The notes under the pieces were generated by a model. The model worked only from the letters and a program-made list of their open reading frames with translations. It ran no database searches and was not told the DNA's origin. DNA of 63,084 bases, the filler included, from Rhabdomonas costata (taxonomy: Eukaryota): the NCBI GenBank assembly GCA_019059605.1. It is 44 parts of 44 records of this genome, joined end to end, with 100 filler letters (N's around TTAATTAATTAA, not from the genome) between each part and the next. Parts side by side here need not be neighbours in the genome. Positions count along the whole stretch, not along the records: positions 24,351 to 25,697 come from JAHMHO010018641.1; positions 25,798 to 27,144 come from JAHMHO010018642.1; positions 27,245 to 28,591 come from JAHMHO010018643.1; positions 28,692 to 30,038 come from JAHMHO010018644.1; positions 30,139 to 31,484 come from JAHMHO010018645.1; positions 31,585 to 32,677 come from JAHMHO010018646.1; positions 32,778 to 34,124 come from JAHMHO010018647.1; positions 34,225 to 35,571 come from JAHMHO010018648.1; 36 more parts are not named here. The stretch is one strand, 5' to 3'. Positions 24,506 to 37,756 of the stretch are shown here, piece after piece. Each line of letters starts with the position of its first letter. Position 1 is the first letter of the stretch. The translations under genes and the position numbers were made by a program.

Positions 24506-25074
24506 TAAAAATTCGAAATTCGCGTGGCACAATTCGCCGCGAGCCAAAAAATTTGGTGTGGCGATCTGCATTTGGAGGTATCGAAAGTCCGGCATATTGT
24601 TGGCAGTCTGCATCTGGCAGATGAACGCAGAGGAATCTGGTTGTTGAAGATGGTCTTGTTTTGTGTGAATGTAGCTTCTTGCCGATCTCTGACACTGTTG
24701 CCTTTGTTTTGATTATCTTTGCCTCTTTTCATCTGCCATTCCGATACACGTAATATTTTTATGAGGTTCCCATGAGATTGTATTCGCAGATTTGATGGTT
24801 CCAGATTGACAGCACCTTAAGATAGACCGCACCAAAATGTCAAAGGGAAAGTCGGAGCAGCTCACCAATCCATATATAGCTCAGTTAACTTTTTCGTACC
24901 AATACAATTTGGCAACCCTAATGGGTGGCCGTGAACCATGGTGTCAATTGAATGGCACATATGAAAAGACGATGGTCGTGTGGAATTTTCCAGGCCTACC
25001 TTTTCCCTTTTCAAGGTGATCGTTAATGTGAATTAAGCCTGGTAGGCTGGAACGTTTGTGGGTCGTGGAATTAG

Positions 25075-25175
25075 GAGGACGATTACTGAGGAAGAAGAGG
25101 ATCAGCTCCTGGCCGAGGCCCAGCGGCGCGTGGAGGCTGCGATCGCTGCTCGCGTTGAAGAAGAGATGCAGTCAG
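25075..25175 (+). CDS. ARGLU1-like (arginine/glutamate-rich protein) exon
   Basis: LLAEAQRRVEAAIAARVEEEMQS resembles ARGLU1 EEETARRVEEAI.K.VEE.L.S; TAG acceptor, GTACC donor. Confidence 0.6.
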
Positions 25176-28062
25176 GTACCACTTTTCATTTTGGCCCATC
25201 TTTTGTGACCGTCCTCCGTGGTGCAATTTTTATCGAGTATGGTTGCTAATACCATTGGTAACAATGTTTAACGTTGATTTCACTTGCACGCGCCAAGATT
25301 AAGATTTGTTCCCACGACGATCGTGGAACCGGGCTGGCCCTCTTTACATATTTATCGCCTTTTCTCGTGCGACGCCCGCTGATACTCTGCGAGCTTACCT
25401 ACCCAAGAAGTCACCTGCACCGCCAAGTTTAAGAAAGTGATGTGGTTTCTTTGAGGTGCAGAAGCCACGGTTTATTATAATAGGCACAAGGATGTGCACA
25501 GCGCAAGACCTCGGAGGCAGGTGATCGCAGTTCAGTCCACATCAAAGAAGTCAAACTTGCACGGCAACATTTATATTGGCGAAGCTTGTGGCTACCAAGC
25601 CTCTCTGGGTGGAGAGGCAGGGTTTTCCGTAGCACGGTTTGTGCTCGGGAAGAATCATCTTCCCGAGCACAAACCGTGCTACGGAAAACCCCACCACNNN
25701 NNNNNNNNNNNNNNNNNNNNNNNNNNNNNNNNNNNNNNNNNTTAATTAATTAANNNNNNNNNNNNNNNNNNNNNNNNNNNNNNNNNNNNNNNNNNNNGGT
25801 GTGGGGGAACCAAAGGAGGACTCCTCTTGCAAGTCACTTGAGGGCCTTTTGTCAGCCGAGGGAGTGGGGAAAAGAAAGAGTTGGCGACGAGAAGGCCCAA
25901 GGACATCGCTGAGGGTGCACCAGGATGCCAAGAAAGAGGCGGCCCACAATGCAAACCCCCACTATCACGCACACGCACACAAGACCCACGGACAGAAAAC
26001 TTCACGTTTCTAGCGAGAAGCGCTCCGGCAAGCAACGGGAAGGCTGCACATCCAGCCAAAGGCGTTGCTGCCCTTAGGAGGGCATAGACTCGCACCCAAC
26101 TCCAACGTTGTGCTCGAGGCACAGAAACACACACGACCACAACACAAGAGTTTTTCAAAGGCATGAAAAAGGATGGCCAACGGGGGTACACCCACAGGGG
26201 CCATCAAGGTTGAAGCTTTGAGAAAAGTCAGAGAGTACAACCGGTAGAAAAAAAAGGAGGGGGGGGGGCACAAAAAACTGTATGTGTGTAAAAAAGCAGG
26301 GAGAGAGAGAGAGAGAGAGCAACTTCGCCATTCAAGTGCTGTCTACAAGTCAAGTCAGCGGCATGGATGGCTGGGAGACACGGACGACGCTTCGGGCAGA
26401 GGAGGGGGTGGGGGTAACAGATATCGTCGAGACTGAGCCTCGCGGAGCCCGCGGAAACGGGGGGTAGGAAATCCTACCGGTGGACGGAGAAGGGCTCACG
26501 GTGGCCGACGACGGACCAAAGGAGTGGGTAGAGGCACCGAGCGACAGGGAGTGAGTGTCTGCTCGGAAAAACGAAGGGTGCTGCAGGCCAGAGAAAGTAT
26601 TGCCGGAGAAGAGCTCGGAGGGGGGTGCATGCAAGGCCGTGGTAAGGGTGATCGTCGGTGTAGGTGCCGGGCCACGCGCGGACGGGAAACGGGGCGCCGT
26701 TCGGGCTTCGGTATGGGACCACGCCATGGGAAAGTCCGGGACCAGCTCCCGGGACCACCGGGCGCGCCACCGGGCACCACAGTGATAGCAGATGAAGTGG
26801 CTGATCCCCTGAGGTCGCGCCAACCATAGACGACGCGCTGCTAAAGACCCACTTGCCCGAACCCTTCCTCTGCACGTAGAAAAGGCGAGGCACTTCGAAC
26901 CCGTGGACCTGCACTTCCAGCGAGCCATATAATGGATTGGGCCTCAGGAGCCCCTCCCGTGTGACTCGTTCTCCTCTCAAATTTCCTCCTCTTCCTTTGT
27001 GAATGGGCCCTATAATTGCTCACACACCCTCTTAAGCTGTGGATGTGTGTTACTGCTGTGGTACCCGAACGAGGCCAGGAACAGGACGCCAGCTTCCTAC
27101 GTGCTCTCACGCATGGGTGCGGGCTGTACGTACGGTGACCCCAANNNNNNNNNNNNNNNNNNNNNNNNNNNNNNNNNNNNNNNNNNNNTTAATTAATTAA
27201 NNNNNNNNNNNNNNNNNNNNNNNNNNNNNNNNNNNNNNNNNNNNGTTGGTGTTGTCACTGTATGCGCACTTTCATGCGCGTATCTGAGTTCTGAGTGAGA
27301 AAGAGGAGGGAAGACAAGAGAGAATACAAAAAGGGACCGTTAATTACTGGCTACGCGACTTTTCTATGCAGGAAACCCGGGATTCAGGGTGCCAAAAAGG
27401 TAGAAAGGTAAAATCAGAAAAAAAAAGTAGAATCAGAGCACCCTGAACACCAGAAGAATACAAGCGGAAACACCCACAACCACTCTGCACAAGAAATGTG
27501 CCGAGGAGGGCTGATAGGAGTTTTGATCTCATGAAAGCGCAGGTAGGCCCATTACCCGACCGTATCAGAACACCCAATCCATTTTGAGCAAATGCCAACA
27601 ACCAGCATCCCCGTGCACCCGCGCTTCTGTGTGGCAAAGGGGCTCTGCGCAACACGTCGATTGCCACGAAGCGGAGGAGCAGTGCAAAAAGGGCAAAACA
27701 ACAGAGAACACTTAATGAAAACGCGCGGTGAAGGAGTTGCCGCCACCATGACACGGAATGCCCTTGTCCAGCTCGAGTGCTCGAGTGGAAGCCACCACAT
27801 TTTACTGTACCTTTGCCACCCTCCCCCTTTTCATTATCAACACAAAAGCTTCGGAATGGAAAACATCCCATCGAGAGGGCCATGCAATTGCACTGGCCAG
27901 TTATTGGGGGAGGGGAGAGGGGAGAGGCGCAAAAGGGGTATATAGAGAGAGAAAAGGACAACTATTGCAGCTGAACTCAGGGCTCAGGGTTCAGAAAGGC
28001 AACACGGCGGGGAAGTTGGGGGGGGGGTTACATCACTGGAAAAGAAAACTATTTCAATGCAG

Positions 28063-28306
28063 CGAAAATGCAGACGAGTTTGAGGGCACAGCGAAAGCAT
28101 ATGCACACTATGTACAGTGGGCCTCTCGCTCCTTTCACCTACTGAGGAGACAAGCCGACACAGAACGACAAAGCCTACAAAGTTCAGCAAAGGTATATAT
28201 GGCAAGCGCGGCAAACGAGCGTGGGATGCTACCATACCCACCGCCCGCCGACGGTCTGAGAGCAAAAGTTCGGACGCACCTGGCGGGATGCACAAGCTTT
28301 GGCTGA
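28063..28306 (+). CDS. Possible terminal exon of a hypothetical protein
   Basis: TGCAG acceptor, open frame to TGA, helical-looking composition. Confidence 0.35.
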
Positions 28307-29855
28307 CGTCCTCTTTGTGCTAAAGGCTTCCAGTCAAAGCAGCCCAAAGCACCATAGCCACACAGAAAAACCCAAACAAAAAGAAAGCAACGCACCAACC
28401 CCACCAAACAAAGGTCTCACTCATTCGCATCACCTTTTACTTCTGGCCACCACCACTATTCCCATCACTTGCGGCCAAGCACTAGTCAAACCCTCACCTA
28501 TGAAACACACTCCCTCTCGTCATCTGTCTTGCTTCGCCCATCAATCTACACGATTAAGCACCGCCTGCTGACACTTCCTGAAACACAACAANNNNNNNNN
28601 NNNNNNNNNNNNNNNNNNNNNNNNNNNNNNNNNNNTTAATTAATTAANNNNNNNNNNNNNNNNNNNNNNNNNNNNNNNNNNNNNNNNNNNNGTTGTTTGT
28701 GAGGCACGTCCCGGGACGCTGGGCCGAGATAACCGATTGGTCGAGATAAAAGTTGGGGTGTGGGCATGACCCAAAACTTTTCTTTACAGTGCATTGCTGG
28801 TGGGCACGGCTATTGTGGATGCGCAGAACCTCACCTACCACCCACCCACACCACAGACACTTCAAGGCGGGGTAGTGTGGGGGTCCCCTGTCCAGGCTAC
28901 GAGCTCCGGGCAGGGAGGTGGAAACCGAAAAAACTATTTTGCGCGCAAGAGAAGCCACTCCCCAACCGAAGTTGGATCGGCACGGCTCCAAAAAAGAAGA
29001 AAAGGGAAAAAGGAAACCCAAAGGACAATGGGTCGGAGGGGAAACGTTTCACAAAGCTTTCCTGGAGAGAAACTAATGGGGAGGAGAAAGGAAAAGGAGA
29101 GACGGAAGGGAAGTCGTCTGCGGACAAAACCCAGGGTGCGTATTAAGCAGAGACTATCCACATGCCACTAATAAAGAGCCACAACTACAACACGTCTCCG
29201 AACGCGAAGGTGCACAGCAGGAGGCCGACGCTAAGCAGAGCTGGAGCGACAGCAGCATCACAACGCCGTGGCTTGGAGACTACCCCGAAGACACCAGACA
29301 GTGCCTAAGCGAGAGAAAGACCACGACCAGAAGAACATCAGCCCAGTTCCTTCGAACGATGCACGCACACTCACCCTCCTCCTCCTCCTCCCAACTCAAA
29401 CTCTCCCCCTCTTCCACCGACCGAGCCGTCCAAAAAGCACATTGGCACCAAAACCTTGAGGACGATACCAGCAGGCTATTATTGGGTGGGCCTGAGCACC
29501 CCGGAGAGGCAGCAAAACCACAGCCCATGCCAATACCCAGCGGACCCACCCTCGAGCACAAGCTCGCCTCTGCATCGACATCAGTACTTTCCCCAGAAAA
29601 ACCACAAACGCACACAAACTTACACAGGCGCACACCTAAGGGCGATCCCAGCAGGCTGCGTGTTGGCGCAAGCGCACCAGTTTTGATGGTTCTGGAGCCC
29701 GCGTCGCTGGGCCGAGGTAACCCACTGGTCGCAGGTACGATTTCAGGTAGGCGAAAACGCTCACACATACCTACCAACCTGGGGACAGTGACACACAGGG
29801 GCCCAGCGCACTGTAAAACGGTCCTACAAAACAGCGAGAGGGCTCCAGATCATAC

Positions 29856-30038
29856 CTGCTCGACTTCCACAACGATCTGCGATTGCTCCGCCAGAAGACC
29901 GTCCGACGCAAACTTCGGGTACATCGCCACCACAAGCCGATGAAAGCTCTGTCGCTGCTGCTCCACGGCCTGCTTGCCCTTCTCCCACGACTCCTCCAGC
30001 GAGTTCAGCATGTGCCGAGAGGACAGCACCAGCACAGC
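29856..30038 (-). CDS. Exon with coiled-coil/signalling helix typical of the segment preceding a nucleotide cyclase domain
   Basis: RLVVAMYPKFASDGLLAEQSQIVVEVEQ resembles LL..(M/I)LP..VA..L.......E of class III cyclases; GTATGA donor. Confidence 0.55.
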
Positions 30039-30709
30039 NNNNNNNNNNNNNNNNNNNNNNNNNNNNNNNNNNNNNNNNNNNNTTAATTAATTAANNNNNN
30101 NNNNNNNNNNNNNNNNNNNNNNNNNNNNNNNNNNNNNNGTGGGGGTGTGTTTGGTTGTTTGGGTTAGCGGCCTGGGGAGAAGTACAAGGAGAGGAGCTGA
30201 TCCTAACCAGTGTACACCGTTACCAGTGATAACCGTTGCCAATGGCAGCGGCCCCAGAAATGGTCCGCAACAAATGGCGACAGAGTATGACTGTTTCTCG
30301 CATACGGTTGACCCCTTTTTTGCCCCCCGGTTTCTAGTTTCCGATCCGCCCACCTCTCCGTACCTCTTCCACCTCTTCCCATCCGCAATACTCAACTAGA
30401 GTCTTGCCTGATATCCCTTGTTTTCCACCTGTCTTCCATGCTTGCCTTACCCTCCGTAAGCTAATATCGCCCGTTTGCTTGCTCACCAACGTTTTGGAAC
30501 ACTACTGCACAGGGAGGCATACTGATCCGAACAATGCTTCCCGATATGCAGCACCTCACTATTCCTCTGATGGACAATGAACGATTATTTGCTGCTCACC
30601 ACGACTGTGACTTTCACACACCAACGTTTGGTGATAGTCCAAGCAAGACGGCGGTGAAATGTACATAAAGATGGGCGGGTGGGTTAGGGCGGTGTGGGGG
30701 GCAGAATAC

Positions 30710-31051
30710 CCTTGCCCGGTGTACCGCAGCCCATAGTACAGCACGGACCAGTTCCGGTGGAGGGGCACCATCACCTCACTCCAAACCACCGCCGCGCTCA
30801 GCACGCCCAGCGCCACTGCAGTCCCACGAAGCATCCACGGCCGGAACCGCACCCAGTACAGCCACACAAGACCATTCCGGAGGTCCGGGGGGGCCAGGTC
30901 GCCCCCAGGCCCCACCAGAAAGCTCACCACGCACCCCAGCGGCCCACAAGAGGAGCAGGACGCGGGCGGTGCCGCGGCACCGGACGGGGAGGAGGGGGAT
31001 GAGGAAGAGGAACCGATAATGGTGGTGCTCGGAAAAGGGGCAAGAGGTGCT
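30710..31051 (-). CDS. LMBR1-family (LMBRD2-like) membrane protein exon; 5' boundary uncertain
   Basis: WLYWVRFRPWMLRGTAVALGVLSAAVVWSEV...NWSVL matches the LMBRD2 W....RP...R......S..VVWSE motif; GTATTC donor. Confidence 0.75.
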
Positions 31052-31932
31052 CTGCGAGGTATCCACAGATGGGATGGTCCTCGTATGGATAACGGACTTC
31101 TAGAAAAATGGGGGGGGGGTCACCCTTCCAAGCGGTGGCTGCGCCAAATAGGCTGTAAACTACTGCTTGCCAAACGGGATGCCAGCTATGTGGCAAAAGG
31201 CCTGGATGCTGAGACCTACATGAGATGCCCCCTGACGTAAGGTTGTGATGGGCGCATTGCGCGCTGGCTGTTGCCTGATTGACTGGCTGCTTCATTGTTG
31301 GTGACCACTGTGGACTGACTGGCGCACGCGCTGTTGGCCGCGGCTGCACGCTAAAGGTGCCGTTCGAGCGAACGGAGCTGTGGGGAACCGGAACCGGCTT
31401 ACCGCCGAACGTTCCACATATGGTAACCTCCCTTCTGCCTCAAGGGTCCCGGGCCATTGTCGCGCAGCTGCTCTTTTCCAACAANNNNNNNNNNNNNNNN
31501 NNNNNNNNNNNNNNNNNNNNNNNNNNNNTTAATTAATTAANNNNNNNNNNNNNNNNNNNNNNNNNNNNNNNNNNNNNNNNNNNNCCACCACGCCGTTTCG
31601 TGTCCCTAAACTAAACGTTTCCCTTCATACAAAACGTTCCATGTTGAATCCCAGAGAGAGCCATTTTGACCCCCTCTGCCGGACTGCTTCGCTCTATAGA
31701 GAGGAACGCAGTAACTATCCAGCCGCAACGTGCTCCCTTTGACACCATGCGAAGCACACCCGCCAAGGAAGTTTTGTACTCCTGATTCTTCAGAGTGGCA
31801 TTGACGAAGGCAGCAAAGCCCTGTTGGAGACAGACCAGAGCCTCTTGAGAAAGGCGAATTGTAGAATGCCAAGAAGTAGTAATTAGTAGTAATTACGAGT
31901 AAAGGTCAACTCGCATACAACGTATTGCCTGA

Positions 31933-32404
31933 ACACACACACACACACTCACTCACTCACTCACTCACTCACCCGCCCACCCACACACACACACTGCGTG
32001 CACTTGACAAGTATGAATCTTCCTGGGGAGGAACCCAACCTTCCCAACCTCCTATGGGGCATGGCCCCATCACACCTCGCACCCTTGTCGGTCCACGGTG
32101 GATTGTCCCTCTCTGTCACGCAGGGTTGGTTTACCCCATTCGACATCAGGTCCAAATTGCACGCGGGGCACCCAACTTCCGCGCTCGTACGCGCGCACTT
32201 GTGGACTTGAGCCCTGATTCCTCCCTTTCCGAACTTCGGTCTTAAACCAGTTTCCCATAGTGAATGGGGTTGGTTTCCTTACTCTTTCCATGATGATCTC
32301 TGCAATTCTCTTGGATGGTACTCCGGTGTTGCTACCGCACTCCTGAACACACACACACACACACTCACACACACACACACTCACACACACACACACTCAC
32401 TCAC
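31933..32404. repeat. Two (CA)n/(CACT)n tracts (31933-31993, 32347-32404), each preceded by cctga
   Basis: Direct read. Other dinucleotide tracts lie at about 20626, 26300, 45928, 55338, 58146, 59594 and 62623. Confidence 0.9.
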
Positions 32405-33577
32405 TGAAGGCTACGCTGCTTGAGGTAGGGCACTCAACCGGAGAAGTGGGAAGGCAGCACGGTGCGCTGTGCTCAGAATGCACGCATAAGATGTGTGTGA
32501 ACAGCTGCCAAGCGAGAGTGAAATGCATATAACCCCATTCGCAAAAGAACCGTGAAAAGCACGGCCTGCGGCACGCCCCGACGGGAGAAAAAGAAAACTC
32601 CCCTCCCCCGGATCACGCGTGGCGGAAGCGAGAAGCAGGATCCCAAGCGAACCGACGACACGAAGAAAAGATCTTCCNNNNNNNNNNNNNNNNNNNNNNN
32701 NNNNNNNNNNNNNNNNNNNNNTTAATTAATTAANNNNNNNNNNNNNNNNNNNNNNNNNNNNNNNNNNNNNNNNNNNNGGGGTGTGTGCTCCAGACTGCCC
32801 CCACATGAGGATCGACAGGAAGGCCAGGATGACCAGGCCACCGGATCCGTATCGCGGCAACGATTGGAGCACACACTCGTCTCAACATACACACGAATGC
32901 GACAAGCAGTGAGATCTAACTAAGTGGGACGGGCCGATTGTGTCAGTTGAGCTGTTTCGTGTGATTTATGCGTGTAAGTAGGTAACAAGTCCTATAGTGA
33001 TAGTAACGCACGATAGCGCCAGTAGTTCGATGACTATAAAGTACCACTGGTTGACACACAGCCACGTGACGGATATGGCCGGCAAACCCCTCCGGAGAAG
33101 GTCAGGCCAAGGCTCAACCCAACCAACATCAGCCAATATGGTGGTGTATCCATGTGGTAGATGCCCTACACTCAGAGTAGTGGTAGTGGTACGCACAGCG
33201 TGACACCCAACCAAGATGTTGATGTCAGGTAGTGGTGGATGACGGCCCCAGCAATGACTGGTAGTGGTGTAGATGCCGACCCTGCGCTGAGCATCGGATT
33301 TTGGTGGCAGCAGTGCATAGGGTGACAAGGTACCTTCACCCCCCCCCCAAAAAAAAAGCAGCTCTGAAATCGGTACGCTCGAGAAGCAAGGAAGTTCGCC
33401 AAAACCATGTTCACTATCGTCTGACAAAAAGATGCGGGGAGAGGAAACGTGCAGCGGGGAGCTGGGCAATCCCAGCGGCAGGCCGGCATGGTTCCCCAGG
33501 GCATTTTGCTGCTGAAACAAAGACGGTAGCGCAGCAGGTCCCCCACAACCAGAAGTATGTCCGCCAAAGCCGCTCAC

Positions 33578-33723
33578 TCCAGGGGGCTGATAATCCGCCG
33601 CATGAGCTTCCCGTCCTCCTTTGTCACCTGAACCACCATGGTGATGTCCGAGACGTGGGCTCCGCCGTCCAGCAGGATGAGCCGAAGCAGACCCATGTTC
33701 AGCAGCGACTTCTCCTTGACCCC
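33578..33723 (-). CDS. Exon of an unidentified protein (GVKEKSLLNMGLLRLILLDGGAHVSDITMVVQVTKEDGKLMRRIISPL)
   Basis: CAG acceptor, GTGAGC donor, GC3-rich codons. Confidence 0.55.
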
Positions 33724-34224
33724 CTGGCGAAGGAAGGGCAAACCACAATCGTAGAGGCGCCTCGAATCCCGCTCCCTCGGCACATCCGACGAAAAACGAG
33801 TGCGGCAGAAAACCCAATCCGATAATGTAGAGGACGGTATGAGAACCCCGTTATTTTGATCGAAAATGCGCTCTCATCGGGGCCTTTATCAAAGGGCAAT
33901 GATAAGCGCACTGCCTGAGTCACCTCAGGGGTGAGAAAAAATGTAAGGAAGGCAAAAAGAAGAAGGAACAAAAAATGAAGAAAACCCATCTGCAGTTTGC
34001 AATCCATTTTCATTATTTTCACAGCACCCTAGTCGGAAGTCGGAAGTTAGTGCAAATCAGTTATGGTAACGGGTTTTCTCTGACACGGGAAAAGCCCCAA
34101 ATGGCGTCATACCGACCAAAACAANNNNNNNNNNNNNNNNNNNNNNNNNNNNNNNNNNNNNNNNNNNNTTAATTAATTAANNNNNNNNNNNNNNNNNNNN
34201 NNNNNNNNNNNNNNNNNNNNNNNN

Positions 34225-35571
34225 GGGTTTTGGGGGCTGCTGCCTTTTCCAGCGTATCGCACTGAAGAAAACCTTCGATGTATGCCCAAGACTCCTCGCC
34301 CAGCCTCCAGTTCAGCAGAATACAGAGCAGAGGACCCAAAACCGGGTCCTCCTCGAGAGGCATGAGACGATAGCCAGAAAAGGCAGCAGCCTGAAAAATC
34401 CGATAAGTCAGCACCCCAGCTGCCGCGGTGCATTCAACAGCGTCGCACGGGGGCACGGACTTGTTAAGCACCTCACAGCTGTCAATCGCAAAGTGCACGA
34501 AGCGTCCCCAAAGAAACAACTGATAGGCATCTTCACACGATAAACCGTCGTTCCTGCAATCACCCGGGTGAGCGAAAAGCCGAAGCAGCTCAGAAAACGG
34601 CTCGCTGATTTTGGACTCCATGGACTCAAGAGACAACGGGATCAGAATCTTCCACACCTTGGAATCACCCAACAAAGACAGCCACTCCGAAGCAAAGCAT
34701 CGGAATACACTGCTTTCCGGCAGTGGCTTGGCTGCTATTGCGACTGCGAGAAGGCTGCTGTAGGCCGCGACAAAAACAAGGTGAGAGGTAAGTGACTTGT
34801 CAGAGTACATTCCGAGAAGCCGCTGCTTCAGTTCCTGTGAACACTCGGAAACAAGCTGTTTGGCTTCATTGCTGGAAAGAGGAAGCTGCATCACGTCCTC
34901 AGCTGCTTTTCGCCAGAGTGACAATGTTTCTTGCAGTTCGTAAAGATCAGTTTCGTCATTGGGTCCCGAAGAAGCGGAGGACTTTTCATGATCCTCACGA
35001 ATGAGATCGTCCTCCCATCCTTGCAATGATGTGAATTCATCAACGCTGGGGCTGCCACTTTCGGATGCTCCAGCATCAAAATCTGCGGGCAGGCTGCCCG
35101 CCTCGCTGTCAAACGATTCCTCGCTGCCGAGATCACCAGCATTCTCATCCTCAAATGGTACTTCGGGGCTAAGGTCATCGGCAGGATCATTTAACGTTGC
35201 GGCAGCTACGTACGCCTCCAGTTTGATTTCTGGGCTTAATGCAGTGAGGCACAGAGTGAAGGCGCAGCGCAAGATCCGAAGGGCCGCAGGAACCTGGCAA
35301 CAGTCATCAGGAAGGTCACAACAGTCGCCCCCTTCTCGGTCCCGGTACTGGTGACTCAAGTGTGAGCTGCAGAACTCATGCATCCCAGAAGTAAGGGCGG
35401 AGATAAGAAAAAGCACTTCCTGCAGCACTGCACTTCCACCGCAAGAGGAGACTCTGCCAGATGACTTCCCAATGGCCTCCCCGCAACAGTCAAAAAGGGA
35501 TCCAATCCTAGAGCTGGCCAAACAGCGAAGAGAAATCAGCTTCGTGAGTAAAGCGCGACAAGGCTCCGCAA
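34225..35571 (-). CDS. Large uninterrupted exon (~448 codons, whole contig) of a helical protein with an acidic linker
   Basis: Frame open end to end; acidic Ser/Asp/Glu segment between Leu-rich helical regions; no family recognised. Confidence 0.7.
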
Positions 35572-36094
35572 NNNNNNNNNNNNNNNNNNNNNNNNNNNNN
35601 NNNNNNNNNNNNNNNTTAATTAATTAANNNNNNNNNNNNNNNNNNNNNNNNNNNNNNNNNNNNNNNNNNNNGGGGGGGTGGGGGAGGAGCACTCTTCAAT
35701 TTGCGCCAACTTTTTTTTCGGATAAAAGCATGAGCTAAAGTGGTACACTTGTGACCCTTGGATGAGGGGCCGAACTCAGTCCGTCCCGCCGGGTCACGGG
35801 GATGAGTTGTGCCTTATTCGCATGGGAAGAAAGGTCCGGCTTCTGGTTTCATTTAGATTCATTGAACTAAATCAGAAAAAAGAACCACACATTGCGGCTT
35901 CGCAAACGTTATCACAGGTTCACAAATTTGTCATCCATCCCTGTGTACTGGGAATGTGCAAGGGCCTCTTCACTTGAGGGAGACGAAAAGTGCCCGAGTA
36001 AGAAAAAGTTTACATCTATGGATCTGACCAACAAGACCGTTTCCATCATGATATATCAGTGCGCCAGACAACTTCAGTGCTACGCACAGAATAC

Positions 36095-36509
36095 CGATCA
36101 GGTTGTTGCTGAGGTCCAGCTCTTCAATACCATCGAAATCATCCGGAACGTCTGAAAGCTGCGAGCCACGGAAAACACCAAAGGTGGCAAGTCGGGTAGG
36201 CGGATAATATCGTGGAGTAGGGGCTCTTCCATATTCAGAAAACTTATAAACAAACCCATCAGACTCGAACACCTATACCTAACACAGTATATAACAATAG
36301 TCTGGAACAATCCAGTTTGACACCAAGGATACGGGATGTGACCCTCTCATTCCTAATTGCAGAGTATTGCAAAAAAAAAGTTGGGGAACTGGAACTGGAG
36401 GTGCAACCAGCTGGTAAACAGCGGAGTTGCGCTTGCAGCCGAACTTCTTGCAGCTCTCAGTGTAAATCTCGCGCAAGGTCTTCCCGCTGAGGTTACCGTC
36501 GGCACTCAT
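36095..36509 (-). CDS. Leucine-rich-repeat protein N-terminus, two exons (36509-36408, 36158-36095)
   Basis: MSADG...YTESCKKFGCKRNSAVYQL/LSDVPDDFDGIEELDLSNNLIG: Y...C...G.K.NS cap plus LxLxxNxIG repeat; phase-0 GT-AG intron. Confidence 0.8.
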
Positions 36510-37628
36510 TCTTGTTCAGAGTTCTTCTTGCGTTCGTTCAGATAAAGCAAACACAGGGAATGGGTGACGTACAAGAAATCTCAAACGAGGAAAATTGCAC
36601 AACAAGAAAGCACACTGATGCCGAAAACAAGCGGAACGAATATCACGAGCACACAACATCAACCTTGTTCGTGTGTATGACGTTTCGTCAAACCCAAATC
36701 AAGTAAAGTCTTCGGAACATCTTGATTTACTGGACACGAATGTTCAACCCACGATACATCATCTGAGATATGGGAACTTGATCTACATGTCCCTCTCCCC
36801 TTTTTTTGACCCTTTTGACCCCTTCTGTCACAATTGTGCTGCTTTGCTAAGTGCACAGACGGTATAGGTGCAGTCTCCAAATCGGCAAACCCCAAAACCA
36901 GAATCAAGTGAGCGGCATAAAAGGCACAAGAAGGGATTGGGAGACAGGTCCCCAGTCAACACTTCTGCGAAAACCAGTGGCAGCATTTTTTTTAGATTTC
37001 TTTTTTTCTATGTGAAGGTNNNNNNNNNNNNNNNNNNNNNNNNNNNNNNNNNNNNNNNNNNNNTTAATTAATTAANNNNNNNNNNNNNNNNNNNNNNNNN
37101 NNNNNNNNNNNNNNNNNNNGGGGGGGTGGTAACCACTGTGAAGAAAAAGGCTCAGAAAAGGCGTAGAAAGATTTCGCAGCCCATGACCTTTCATTGCCCC
37201 CCTCCATGTCACACACAACTCGCCTCCGTGACTGAAGATTGTTAAGCCCATCCCCAGCAACCCCCCACACACTCACACGCACACAGTGGTCAGATGTGTA
37301 GTGGTGCACCACCGACGCTTTGTGTCAGTAGTGTGTCCCCGGCATGCCTGTTGGACGCCTGTGGTTTGCTTGGCTGGGACGGGGTGTATGTTTGTTCATG
37401 TTAGTGCATGTTGGTGCGTAGAAGGTCTTCGGAAAAGCTGGACCAGCGTTTAGGGTGTCATCAACCATAGAAGGGGATAGTCTCAGCTTTTGTAGAGATT
37501 AATGATTTTGGAAACCTCTGATGAATCACGCTGGGATGTCATCCGATTTGTTTAGGATTTCTGCCTTCCTCTGCTTCGAACCACTCCCCGCAGAGCTCTT
37601 TGCGGGCAAACCAGCGCACATTCCCACA

Positions 37629-37756
37629 ATGAGGCAAAGCTGGTGCAGCGCTGTGGTGGCGGTGGGGCTGCTTGTGGCGGTGGGCCTCTTTGGGCACTGC
37701 TCGGCCACGGTGGTCCGTGTGGCAAGCCAGGATGACTGCGTTCGGGACCCCAAATA
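37629..37756 (+). CDS. First exon of a secreted protein (signal peptide)
   Basis: MRQSWCSAVVAVGLLVAVGLFGHCSA-TVVRV..., followed by GTAAGG donor. Confidence 0.6.
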
